Assembly (NCBI GenBank): GCA_964057225.1
Contig: OZ059899.1
Span: 13,640,001-13,704,000, forward strand
Length of the DNA: 64,000 nt
Direction: 5' to 3'
DNA from: Auanema rhodensis
Lineage: Eukaryota; Animalia; Nematoda
Made by a program: the position numbers and the translations under genes
Part shown: one piece after another, positions 1 through 12,996 of the stretch
Layout of the letters: every line of letters starts with the position of its first letter
Position numbering within the stretch: the stretch's first letter is position 1
Notes under the pieces: model-generated
Told to the model about the DNA's origin: nothing
Databases searched by the model: none
What the model saw: only the letters and a program-made list of their open reading frames with translations

Positions 1-323
1 GAGGTAAGCATACTCAAACGAACTCTTAGTTTTATGAACAATAATTTGAGGTGGATCACTTCACTCTATCATGACACCCCACGGACCAGATTTCACTTGC
101 TTCGAGAAGGCTTCCAACGACGATTTGAAACCAGCACGTGTAGCTGATGGCACCATGGTAAATCAAGAATATTGTAATGAAAAAATAATTGTAATTACAG
201 TCATTTATGTTTGAAAGTTCCTTGAATATGGCTATTACCAACTGGGCTCAAACAGATAATGTTGACGTGGATTACTATAAGGATTGGCAGCCATTGAAGA
301 AGCACTTCGTTCTACCCAAATAA
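1..323 (+). CDS. hgo-1: Homogentisate 1,2-dioxygenase, 3' end (partial; exons ..3, 51-157, 201-323)
   Basis: Spliced translation [36 protein letters not shown]|[15 protein letters not shown]...[12 protein letters not shown] matches the HGD C-terminus, including the H-x-x-M-T-P-H-G-P-D metal-binding region. Confidence 0.95.
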
Positions 324-477
324 GTTAAGAAAGAAGAAGAGTTTTTTCTCTTTTTCAAATACTATATAAGGAATATATATATATATTATATTTTTTCTTT
401 ACTATTACATCATATATGTTTTCAAATGATTTAGTTTTATCCCAAATATCTCCCTGGCCCCGTCTCCACTCTCTCTC

Positions 478-521
<44 letters not shown>

Positions 522-741
522 CTTTCTCTAAAACTTCTGTGCCTATATCTATATCTATACTATATATTTTACTCTTTTTAACTCATAATAAACGTTTAAA
601 AACATTAATTATTCTGTTAACTATTACATAGAATGTTATATAAGAGTTCATAACTCTTTAAATATATTTTATATTCTCTTTTAATATCGTTTTCTATTGC
701 TTTTTCTTTATTATTAATAAGATTTTTCATTATTTTAGTCC

Positions 742-1677
742 ATGAATGTATCTCCCATTGCTTCAACTACATCTAATGGTTACGTCAAATACCAAATAAA
801 GCCATCAGGTTCATTCATTTTCTTCAAATAACATCATTGTTTATCATTTATATAGGAATGCCACGTATTCTTGCTGAAGATGCTGATGTATTTTCATTAG
901 AAGATCATGATGAGGAGCCACGAGATGTTCAAGATGAACGAAATAGGTAAGTGTTATGTTGTATTCCAAGTTTGTGTTTCAATCCCCGTTTCTCTCTCTC
1001 TCTCTCTCTCTGTTCTGCCAGCTTTAAGCTGATTTTTCAATGTCTGTTGTTTAGCCAGACAATAATCTGCTTTTTCCACGAAAAGCATCATTTCGAGATA
1101 TAACTGAAAATAGATATTACTAATCGTTTGACGTCATTCAAATCAATGATCTCCTATTCCTCCCCCTCCTACTAGTTCTGTCTTTTTCTAATAAAATTTT
1201 AAAAATCAAATCAAATTTAATCTTATAAAACAAAAATTTAAATTTATAAATTCTAGATTACCTGTTAAAGAAGAAGAAAAATCACGTTTATTTGACTGTC
1301 CATTAGATAGTGATGATGAAAAAGAAGATGAAGAAGAACAAATGTCTAAACTTCGTAATGGTGATGATCGTCAGAATACACGTTCACATCGTAAGTCGTT
1401 TTCATCTGAATTTCTTATTCACAACAACTTATCGCAGAAGCTGTTGGAAGCAAAAAGGAATGTAGTCGATTAACTGATTCATTTGACTTGGATGGAGATT
1501 CTCTATCAGATGAATTAGATTTACTTCCACCAATGCCAGGTGCACCAAATGCAAATTCATCATGGATGAATAAGTAATATCATATACTATATCTATATAG
1601 TTAATATAATTAATTTTAGATTTCATCGTTTAAACTGCTGTAATCCTCGAATACCGAATAAATGTGTGATTCAATAA
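742..1677 (+). CDS. FAM219-like small acidic protein with C-terminal CaaX (5 exons)
   Basis: GT-AG exons 742-808, 856-946, 1257-1390, 1438-1573, 1620-1677 join in frame. The product contains LDSDDE and DSLSDELDLLPP and ends LNCCNPRIPNKCVIQ*, resembling the FAM219A DLDLIPP...C-x-I-Q tail. Confidence 0.7.
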
Positions 1678-3489
1678 CAAACGGATAGTTCATTCATCTC
1701 AACTTATCTACTCAACTCTCAACTTATTCACGCTCCTATCTTATTTCAAAAATTATAACTTTATAGGATCTAATCACTATAATCCTTCATATTAATCAAC
1801 TTGTTCATCAATTTCTCATTAATTTTGATCTTATTTTCCATAATTCATCTCTTGAATGTACGGGTATCATTCTATTATTTCTGATCTCTCACTCACGACT
1901 AGTCCTACTACTTTTGATCTTATTTCACAAACTTTTTCTCCATTAATCTTAATTATATGCTCAAATTGCAATAATCATATTATTATTTTTTTAATAATAA
2001 TAATATTTATTTCAATATTAAATAAACTTTTTTTAATTTTTAATTTTTATAATTCAAATCAGCTGCATCTAATATCCAAAAATAGAATAGAAGGATATGT
2101 ATGTCATATCATAAAGCATTAACTATCACAGCAGATCCATAAACAAAAGGAAAATTTTTGTTTAAAAAACAGCATTTTTCATCATAAAACTTGAGATTTC
2201 ATTCAAGTTTTCATGTTTTTTCGTGTAGTCATTCAACGTTTTTTCAAAAACTTTAAAAACTTATTAGCAATACATGTATATACATGGATGTAGATTTGTA
2301 TTATTATGATGTATTATATATTTAAAAATTAAAAAAAAAAACAAATATGAATTAAAACTTATCAAACAAACATTAGTTGAAGTTTTAAGTTTTGATTTAT
2401 AAAAGTTTAAGATTCATCTCGTGATATGATCTGAGCAATTCATTCTATACTTGGGTAAGTCGACTACACCAACTCAAATTTGACTTTTCTAAGCTAAAAG
2501 TCGAGAGTTGTTTCAAAACTAAGAAACCTGAATCAACTTGAAAGTGGGTGTCTTCAGAAATTTTGAAAGTGAACGATGTTCAAGTACAATACATTCATTC
2601 ATTCATGAATTATGTCCATGTAAAAGCTAATGATTTGTATTTTAATTTTAATTATTTCATTTCAATATTTTTAATTTTTTTTTCAGAAAATGATGAATTG
2701 ATGTTAATTTTTCTGTATTTTTGTGTGAAATATTGCTATATGTATATACAATTTTATAATTTTTGTTATATTTTTGGCTTTTTTTTGGATTTAATTATAA
2801 ATCATCGTTTTTCATTTTTATCAATTTTTTCTTTAATTTTCTTCCTGGTTTTTTTTTCAAAATTTACATTTATTTTCTTATTTTATTTATTAAATTTCAA
2901 CATTTGATTTATTTTTCTTCTAAAAATAATCTCTAAAATCATAGATAAATCAAAGGATTTTCATTTTTATTGTAGTTTTCAGTTGTTTTACAGGGAATTA
3001 TGAAATTTTCATGTTTCACATGTTCTTAATGCTATTTAGTTTATAAATAAATTCAAAAATATTTGCTAATTAAATCTTCAAAACATATGAACAGCTTATG
3101 CAGATGGCTATGTCTTTGCTTCTGCTTATAAGCCTTTTCGGCTCTTCTGCATATGTTGCCACCCCTCCACCCTCCACCCCTCTCCGGCTCAATTCATGAA
3201 TAGAAAAAATATGTTGGAGAAATTATTTTTCATAGAATATTATATGATATAAGTTGTTTCCAAAAATCAATAAAAGAAAAAAATTATCTAATTATTTAGT
3301 TTTTTTCTATCCCTGTTATCCGCTGGTTATAATAATAATAGCAAGTCTAAGCTTAGGCTTAAACCTAAGTTTAAACTTGAGTCTGAAAATTACAAAACTT
3401 AGGGCAGTTAATAAATCTAAACCTTAGTTACTAGATATCTTTTTAATTTAATGAATCGAGAAAAATCTTTCAGCAATTAAACTTATTCT

Positions 3490-3492
<3 letters not shown>

Positions 3493-3545
<53 letters not shown>
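3493..3545. repeat. (TC)n microsatellite
   Basis: Directly visible; similar tracts near 487-514, 990-1011, 6147-6170. Confidence 0.95.
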
Positions 3546-3585
3546 ATTCCAATTCATCTATCTAACTACATAGTATACAGGAATA

Positions 3586-5323
3586 ATGGAAGAAGTTCCA
3601 AAAGATTTACCAGATCCAACATTCTTTGATTTAACTTCAAATGTTGTCAGTGTTATATCATTAATTTTCTTTCTTTTAAATATTTTTTTATTTTACAAAT
3701 CAACAAATAAAAATGAATCAATAGAATATAAATATACTTCATTTATTCAATGTGTAAGTTTATTTTTATTTTTACGTAAGTTTTTAATAATTTTTTCAGA
3801 TATCATTGTTCTTAGGTTGCTTAATTTGGACATTTTTTGCTCGTCTTTATCAAGTTCCAAATGAACATTATTATTATTGTGAAGGACATTTAATGGGATT
3901 ATCTTGTATGTTTTGGTCAATTATGTTTAATTTATTCCATGGAATCCAAACAGCTTTATTAACAATGTCATTCTTATATCGTTGGGAAATTCTATCAGAT
4001 TCTGATCACATACTGAAGGTAATTACATCTATCTATCTATCTATCTATCCAGATGATCTATTCATCAATTCTTCTAACTATATATATATATATATTTCTT
4101 AGAATAAATTATTCTTTTATGGAATATATATAACAAAGATTATTATTTTTCCTATTTCATTAGGATATACGTTCTGGTTTGTATCAGATCCTGATTATGA
4201 TATACATCAACATAGTTCAAATGTAATTTCACTTTTTTCCTTTCAATTGCTTCGACGAAATATTGAAAATCCAATTATTTTTTCAAGTTTAATGAAGTTC
4301 AAATTCAATTTCTATTGGAAAGATCATTCACTTATCTACCTAGTTCACGTGTTTTGGGTACAATTACATATTTAGCTGTTGGATCAATAATAAATCTTAC
4401 ATCACAGATTGTAAGTTATAGATATGGATCAGATCCGCATTTTAATCTTTCGGATCAGACCGTTTTCCGGGTTCTGCATAGTTTACTAGAAATCTGAATG
4501 TATGCTTCTTAGGTGCTTACTCAAGTGACTTGTGCCCCTATCTTTTTGTTTTTGAAAAATTAAGAAATTTAAAAAAATTAAATAAAATCCCAAAATTTAA
4601 CAAGAAGACTGATCCGGTCCGGTCCGGTCCGCAAGATCCGCAGTATATTATATAGTTAGGATTATGTTTTTTTAGTTTAAAAATCAAAAATACAGATATT
4701 CGTGTAGCAAAATCACAATTTTTGCCCATCAATCTAATACATTTTAAGATTATATTGATTCAAACTTTGTATAAACTTTGTATAAACTTTATACAAACCT
4801 TAGAATAATTTCAGATTATTATAGTTTCTGTTTATAAGATTGTAAAACAAATTAAACAAAAAGAATTAATAATATCAAGTAAAGCAGCTATGTATCATCG
4901 GGCTGTCTTGAAAGCTTTATCAATTCAAGTATATTCACTCTTCTTCTTTCATCTGCTATTTCTTATTTTTTTTTCAGACAATTTGTATTACAATATCCTT
5001 AATAGGAGCTTTCAGTATAGCTGATCTTCAAGTATTTTTTGAAATTCCAAATAGTTAATAAAACCATTTTATATAATTAATATAATTATCTTTTTAAGTT
5101 TTACAAGAATTATCACTTATTATCTATGGATGTGCATATATTATGAATACTTTAACTAATTTTTATTTTAATTCTTTATATAAGGAAACTATTAAAAAAA
5201 CATTTATATCAGTATTAAAGGTTTATTTACATATACATATTATTGTAATTATTTTTTATTTTTCAGATTCAAAATGCTGTTATGTCACAAATTAATTCAA
5301 AAATTACTCCAAATAATCAATAA
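3586..5323 (+). CDS. Nematode serpentine 7TM chemoreceptor (Str/Srh/Sri-superfamily-like)
   Basis: Multi-exon hydrophobic protein: MEEVPKDLPDP..., YKY motif after TM1, 'YYCEG..', 'FLYRWEIL', 'SKAAMYHRAVLKALSIQ' before TM6; stop at 5321-5323. Confidence 0.75.
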
Positions 5324-5574
5324 ATTTATTTTAATATATAAAAAATAAATATTCTCTATATATATATTTCTCTAATATGGTATAATTAATAATGAAAATT
5401 TTAAAATTGAATAAACATTTGTATTTCCTCACTACATTTTTCATTTTCGAAAAAAAAAATTAATTTTTTTTTGTATTACAATATTCATTTTTTTTTATTT
5501 TCTAAAAATATTATTATTATTATTATTTAAATTTATGTGTAATGTTCATAACTTGAATATCATAATTTTGAGTT

Positions 5575-6073
5575 AAAAAAAACTTGAAGCATGAATTGTA
5601 TTCATACATGTTCTTCCTGGTTGAAACATGAAGCATATAGCTGTCCCTCTGTAGCAAATATTTATATCTGGATGTATCGAATTCTCAGTGATTGATCGTC
5701 CGATCAATGCTACTTCTATGTTCGAAATACCGTTAATGTCCTTACTCGTCTTTCCCAACAGAGTTATTCGTAGCAATGTCTACTTACGACTTCCAGGACT
5801 TTTCTAGATCTTATGAATCCTTGTTGCTTAGCATGCTGACTCATTGCAATGCTACTCAGGTCTGACCGGAAGAATCTGTGCTCTCACAGACGTAGGTACT
5901 CCATTTTTAGGAAAACAACGGCCTCAGTAAATTTCTTTTACTGAATAGTCTGTGAATTCACAGACGTGATTAATCTCTCTGAGGGATTTGTTTGAGATGA
6001 GCAGTCCTAATAACTGCCTTGATGGAGATATCAGTGTGTTGTGAAGATTGCGAAACAACAAACTAAATCATCT
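5575..6073 (-). ncRNA. Candidate Pol III-transcribed structured non-coding RNA (~500 nt), family unidentified
   Basis: At least 10 stem-loops in an intergenic, GC-richer island. On the minus strand: TATAAATA at 6102-6095 upstream, T8 run at 5582-5575 downstream, and several G-U pairs that favour this strand. Confidence 0.55.
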
Positions 6074-6094
6074 AAGAAACTAAGAAATTTTACC

Positions 6095-6125
6095 TATTTA
6101 TACTCAATTGCTTCCGTCCGAAGTC
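6095..6125 (-). promoter_or_regulatory. TATA box plus PSE-like element of the candidate ncRNA
   Basis: Minus strand reads CTTCGGACGG-AAGCAATTGAG-TATAAATA. The TCGG core loosely resembles the nematode snRNA PSEA (TGTCGGCNGC) and sits about 10 nt before the TATA. Confidence 0.4.
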
Positions 6126-6705
6126 TTGTACTTTGGTCACATCATCCTCTCTCTCTCTCTCTCTCTCTCTTTCTGAGTTATCAGTATGCTTCATGTGCTC
6201 ATCTTCACTAACTATATCATATAATAATAATAAAATTGTTTATATAAAGTAGAAGTAATTGACAATATCTAATACACAAAATGAATATACGATAAACAGA
6301 AAGAAATAATGAATGATTGATTGATCTAAAGATCAAAAAAAAAATAAATAGCCTACTGTCATTTTGTATTTTTTTTTCTTTTTTTTTCTTTTCGAAAAAA
6401 AAATTGACATAAATGGAATAGTAATGATGAGAAAAGAAAAAGATCATTATAGAATGATGACCAATTATAGATCAAATAGAATACAGTAATGAGTGAATGA
6501 ATATGACCATGGGGTGGGATGGGGGAAGGGATTGTTGAAAATTCTCAGAAACAGCGTACGTAATGGACGACTCTTAGAAGAAAAAAAGTTGTTTTTGTTG
6601 ATTAAAATACATATTTAAGTAAATATTTTTGTAAATATAATATATATATATATATATTTAAACTTCTTAATGTACATAAAATATTTCAGATTATCTTTGA
6701 TTTGC

Positions 6706-9700
6706 TTAAACTGGAACTGGTGGAGGTGTAACATTAGCACATTCTCGTTGATATCTGTTACAGCAAAGAGTTTGAACGTTCTTCACATCAGCTAATAGTT
6801 TACAAGCCTGAAGAGAGATTATCAATCCAATTAACAACTTATTCCGCAAAGTGATAAGCCTACCTTCCATTGTTGAGAAACTGAAGAGAAGTTGTGACGA
6901 TGAGCCCAATCAGCAACCTTGATGAGATAATCGTCGAAGTATGATTGACAAATCTTCAAATCATCTTGAGCACAAGCTAAAACACATTAATTTGATGATT
7001 GACTGAAACTGAAACGAGAACAGACTTTGACTTGGAATGGCAGATGTAGATGAGACGATGCCACTTGCATTTTCGGTTTTTTCGATCGCAGTCGTTGTTG
7101 TTGTGACGGAATTATCAGCATTTACTGTAGTTTTGACTAAATGGAAGAGAGAAATGAGCAAATGATAACGAGATATGAATCTAACCTTCAGCTGGTTGCT
7201 CAGAACCAGTAACTAATGGCTCTTCACCACTTCCTTCTTGCTCATTACCCTGAAAATCAGAATTTAAGATAAGATATGAAGATAAATATCAGTCACTTAT
7301 GTATAGTTAACTATACAATATGATAAATTATGTTTTCAAAATAACCTGAGAAGAGACATTAATTGAATTAGCAGTTGATGATGTTAGCATAGGCTCAAAA
7401 GAAGAAGGAGAAGAAGAATCTACAGGAATAACTGGAGCAGAAGATGCTACCGTAGGCAAAGCAGAAGAAGAATCTACTGGCATAACTGGAGCAGAAGATG
7501 CTACAGTAGGCGAAGGAGAAGAAGAATCTACTGGCATAACTGGAGCAGAAGATGCTACAGTAGGCGAAGGAGAAGCACTTGTTGATGGATTAGCATTATC
7601 AATCAAGTTCTGAATTTATTTTGTTATTTGCATGCACTTATATAGCTTGTTGATGTTTTTGTTATTCAAGCTACACATTGCTATATCTAACTTACCACAG
7701 TAGATGAAGCATTCAAAGTTTCATTTGATTGAGAAGCATTGTTAGCAATTTCAGATGTTAGATTTGATACGGACAAGTCAAAGATTGATTGAGCCTGCTT
7801 TGGTTCGTCAGTGCGCTCTACTTCCATTCCGGAAGATTCAATCGGTGCAGCATTTTCTCCTTCGGGAGCAACCGTGTTCATGACTTCTGCGCGATTTTGA
7901 AGAAGCACAGATGGAGCTTCTGTCAAAACTGCATCATTGTTTTCAGCTGGCTTAACAGTTGTTGAAACGACATCAATATTTGCAGGAGGGGTAGTTGACA
8001 GTAATTGATCTGCTTCTGTTGGATTAGATAAAGCATTTGAAGCATTGTTGCCGGTGTCCACAGCCAAAACTTCTTTTGGAATATTGGAAGGAGTTGAAGC
8101 AAGGCTTTGTTCAGAAACATTGTTTGCAATTATATTTGAATCAGTATTATTGTTTAAAGGTTGTTCAGTTGGGTTAGAAAGCGCCTGAAGGTAAAAAACA
8201 TTTAAAACTAAAAACTTGTCATATATAGTTGAAGATGAAAAGCAAAAGTAACAACTATTCTAATTGAATCTGAACATACTTCAGAAGGCTGTGATGTGTT
8301 AGATGATGTAGCAGCAGCTGGTTCTTCACCTGATCCTGAATAGAAAGAACATGATTCAAGATATTTTCAGAGTTCAATGGAGCATAAACTCGTGATTCAT
8401 CAAAGATTACCTTGTAGTTCTTGAAGTTCACGTGAAGCAGATTCGAAAATTCCACCTTGCTGACCGCTTCCTTCTTCGACGACAACCTTTTCATCTTCAC
8501 GCTTAGGATTTTCGACACTCAAAAGTTCTTGTTCAGGTTCTTAAAAGAAAAAATAAATATAATTTACATATAATTGAATAAGATACTATATATAGATAGT
8601 ACAAATATAGTTCCTTAACTATACTATATTCAAGTTATTTCAATAATTTTATAATATTTGATGTATAGAAATGAAAAGAAAATGAGGCAACTAACCAGTT
8701 TCTTGAGTGAGATGCACGTTCTTCTCAACAACTGCATCTTCAATATCATTAATAGGAGGTGGTGAAGCAGCAGTAGATGACGCGGATGCCATCAAAGATG
8801 AGGACACAGATTCAGAAGTGTTGTCATCAGAGTTACATTGGTCAATGTCACAGACAGTAACAGCAACTGGTGAATCCTTAACTAGTTTTATAAGAATTGT
8901 TATAGTACATAAACTATATATATATATAGTATAAATAAATAGAAATAGAAAAGAAAAAGAAGAACATATGAACTGACTTATGAATTATAATTATAAAATA
9001 TTATATAATAAAGTATTATTATTACCTTATGTTTCTGGATTATAAAATCGTTCTTCTTCTTAGCATATGTACCACCAAGAATTGCAATTTGTACAGTAAC
9101 ACAATTATTTTGCTAAATTATAATAATATATACATATAGTTAATGTAAAATAATAATAACATACCATACGAGAAGTTAAGAATGATTTAGAGATAGCAAG
9201 ACTCAATCGTGTTTTATCATCGGCAACATCAAAAGCCTGAAACAATCAATACATAAATTATTTTTAATTTGAAGAATTAATGCTTTACTTGAAGTTTCTG
9301 AGCACTACTGATGGTTTCATCATTTTCAGGAATAGAATATCCGATACTCTTATATCCTCCAGTATGTAGTACTTTGCCATTTTCAGTAAACGCAACAACC
9401 AAGTCCATATCCTTAATTTATAATTAATTATAATAAAAATAAATTTAAAATAGTATATACAACCGATTATTCTGATTTTAAAAAATAAAATGAAAAAAAA
9501 AAAGAAATTTAAACGATGTTCACGTATATCACGTTGTTTAAATTCTGTTACACGTTAACTATTAGTATATGCTAATCAGCTTAACACCGTTTCAAATATT
9601 TAATATAGAGATAATGAATGTTATAAAGGTTGGATCAAAGGATTTTAATTTTTTTAATCAGAATTTTCAATAGAAATAATTAATAATATTATTGATTAGA

Positions 9701-11455
9701 CAATATAACATATAATTAAAAATATTATATTATTATTATGTCTAAATAAATTATTTCTTTTTTAAAAATCCTTTTTTTTTCTTTCAAATAATAGTAAAGA
9801 AGAAATAAATATTTTGGTTTAATTGCTCATTTTCATCTTTTACTTAAGAGTTTAAGAAAGATGAGAAAATATTTTGAATGTCAAAAAAAAAACATTTAAA
9901 AGGACAATAGTGAAGGACATATGTAATGTATAATATAGTATTTCAAAAGGAAAGAATATTTATTGGAATTACCAGACTAAAATTTGCTTCAATGACCTCG
10001 ATAGTCTTAGCTCTTTTTTTTTTTTTTCTTAAATATTCTTCAAGAATATTCACGCAAATATACGATATAGTATTCATATTATAAGTTATTATATCATATA
10101 ATTAATAATAATAATAATAATAATATTCTAATTATTATTCTTATAATATTTGTTTGTTTGTTTGTTTGTTTATATTTTTAAAACAAACCTGCATTGATTC
10201 TCCGGCTCCGATTGCTGTCCACCATTTGCCCTTCTTGACTGGCTGTTCAATGTTGAAGACGAGGTTATCACCAACAGATTTCCATGAGACAGTCTTGCTC
10301 TTATCCCTATTTTCATAATTGCAAGTTGCTGGTGCATTATCAGCTCGTTTAACAACAGCAGCTAGAAATATATAAATTATATGTTAACTATATATATATA
10401 TTTAACTATATGTATATATCTTTAATCATATAATATTTTTAATTTTCAAAATCAATTTAATTATTTCCAGTTTATCTTCATCTAACTAGTTTTCTATAAC
10501 ATTTTCTTCTTTTATAGTTAGTTATATGCATATAGTTAAAGTTTTTTTTTGACTCTATACTTCATCATCTTCTTCATACCCTTTAAGGTAATTTGTCTGT
10601 TTTTGTTTTCAAAAACACTTCATGGTCATTCCTCTGTTTCATCTAATTCATCAAATGATTCATCAATTAAGCCTCTTTTTTTGGTTTCAAGAAAGAAACT
10701 GGATATGGGATTGCAATTATTTGGAATTAATCGAATGGAATTTTCAAAAAAAAAAAAGATTTAAAGGAAGCAAGTGTGAAACCATGAATCCTAGTGTTTA
10801 GACGACTGATTAGCAGAACTGGATAAATGAATTTCTTTGTTTTTTTTTTCAAAAAAAAAAACATTCCAAATGAGATTATATTCAGATTTGAAATGACTAT
10901 CATGAGATAAGTTTTTTTTATGATGATATACTTGCCACAAAAGATTAATATAAAAGAAAAAAAGTTTCTTTTTCAAATCACTGCTTCTCCCCTCGTTTTG
11001 TTTCTCAGTCCCAACTACAATGAACACGAAAATACACAGACATTTCGGTAATTCTTTTGAGAAATAGTTAAGCACTTGATTGCCTCATAAGCTTAACACT
11101 TGAAAATCATTCACACGACCCTGTGCATCTTTATCCATTTCGTCTGTTACGCAGATAAAAAACGTTTTTTCTTCCACTTCAAACTAATTTGCGGACTTTT
11201 TTTTTGCTCCATAGATAAGAAAATTTTGAACAAATTTTGGAACAAAAAAAAACACAAAAATATGATGAAATATAGACGAAGGAAAGTTAAACATATTCAT
11301 GATTTTAACGATTTTCGATCAACCTATTCACACACACACAAACACAAATACGCCAAATCAAAGGGAAAAGAAGATGATTTTGAAAAACGAAAAACAAATA
11401 AAAGTTGTATCCAACCATTTGAATAAGATGAAATAGTTTTCTCTCTAATCCTTCC

Positions 11456-11520
<65 letters not shown>

Positions 11521-12939
11521 AATCTATCTACCTCTATCTTCAAATTTATATTTTGAATGAAACAGCTCACTTACCAGGTTTACCAGAAGTACAGCTAACA
11601 GCCAGGTCACAGACACGTCGTTTAACTAAATCTTTTGGAATTTCAATAGGAGCTCCAAGATCAATGGCTGGAGCAACAGTAGGGAAGTAAAATGTCTATA
11701 AAATATTTATATTATATTATATGATAAATCTTTTGAAATTAGAGATTGACAAGCTTCAACATTTCTCTTTGAAATTACCCAAAACAACACAAAAAACAGT
11801 TTTCTTCCTTATAAGCGTATAACATGATAAACAGGTGGTCATTAGACCGGACTATCAACTTAACAAGGTTGGAAAAAAAGTTTAAAGAACAAGTTGTAAA
11901 GAGAAAATGTTGGAAAATCTAAAAAGTTTCATAGTGTTCTAGATTCTAGCTATCAGAAATCTTAATAAAAACGAAAAAGAAATGTTTTCTTTTGGTCAAA
12001 TAAAAAGTAGAAAAAAAGAAGAAGAATTTTCATATAATATGTTGATCATAAATTAATTTGATATTAGTAAACAAAATCATTAACTATTAGCTTGTTAACT
12101 ATATATGTAATATAGTTAATACAAGCTAATGAAAAGATATAAATTATAACAGCTAATAGAATAAAGTAATGATAATGATGATGATAAACATGATTGTAAT
12201 CATTGCTATCTTCTTTTAATCATTTTCTTTATTTCAGTTAATTCTTGAGTTTTGTTTATAAAAATTAGTTGACGACTTACCACACAGTTTGAGAGATCAG
12301 CATCAGTTTTGTCGTTTGATGTTAATGGTCTTGCAAATTCAGCTGTTAAAATATGATCCTAAATCATTAACTATGTGTAATTATAGAACTTAAAATTGAT
12401 CAATTACTTGTAGATCGAAAGCCAATGATTGAACATTGGTATTTACATCCGATTCAATATCGTTTTCAGCATTTACATGACCATCAACAAGACCAATTTG
12501 ACCAGAACGGACGAAAATACCGATTACATCAGTCTGTAGTATATGTTTTATAGGTGAAGTTGCAACTTGCTGCTTTTCTTACCGGCTTTTCGTCATCTCC
12601 AAAGTATACGCCTGACCAGAAACTTGGATTATGAGATGAAGCAGAAAGTTTGAAGACAACATCAGAGCTTAATTCATCGTATTCCCATGATAATGAGTAA
12701 TCATCAGACTATAAACAGTTTCGTATTCAATAATTCCAGTAACTTAACCATATGTGTATAGTTAATACAATAACTATACGTATCAATCATAAACGATTTC
12801 ATGTATCCGTGTATTACAACTGATTATTGTCTTAAGATACATATATGTATCTGAATATATTCTGACAACAGATCAGTTGAAGAATGGAATTTATACTATG
12901 TTAACATGATATTCATCAGAGAGAAAGAAAGAGAGAGAG

Positions 12940-12996
<57 letters not shown>

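Noticed and set aside
3345-3430. Telomere-like TTAGGC remnants
   Set aside because: Only one exact TTAGGC among degenerate hexamers; not an array.
5575-6073. Telomerase RNA, RNase P, RNase MRP, SRP or hammerhead identity for the structured element
   Set aside because: No 1.5x GCCUAA template (only GCUAAGC), no GGAAGGUCUGAG/UUCAGACU pair, no GGGGCU CR-V, no SRP helix-8 motif and no CUGANGA...GAAA core seen by eye.
9464-9471. Possible micro-exon (CAG|AATAATCG|GT) in the DOMON gene
   Set aside because: Eight nt would shift the frame; the flanking exons already join in phase 0.
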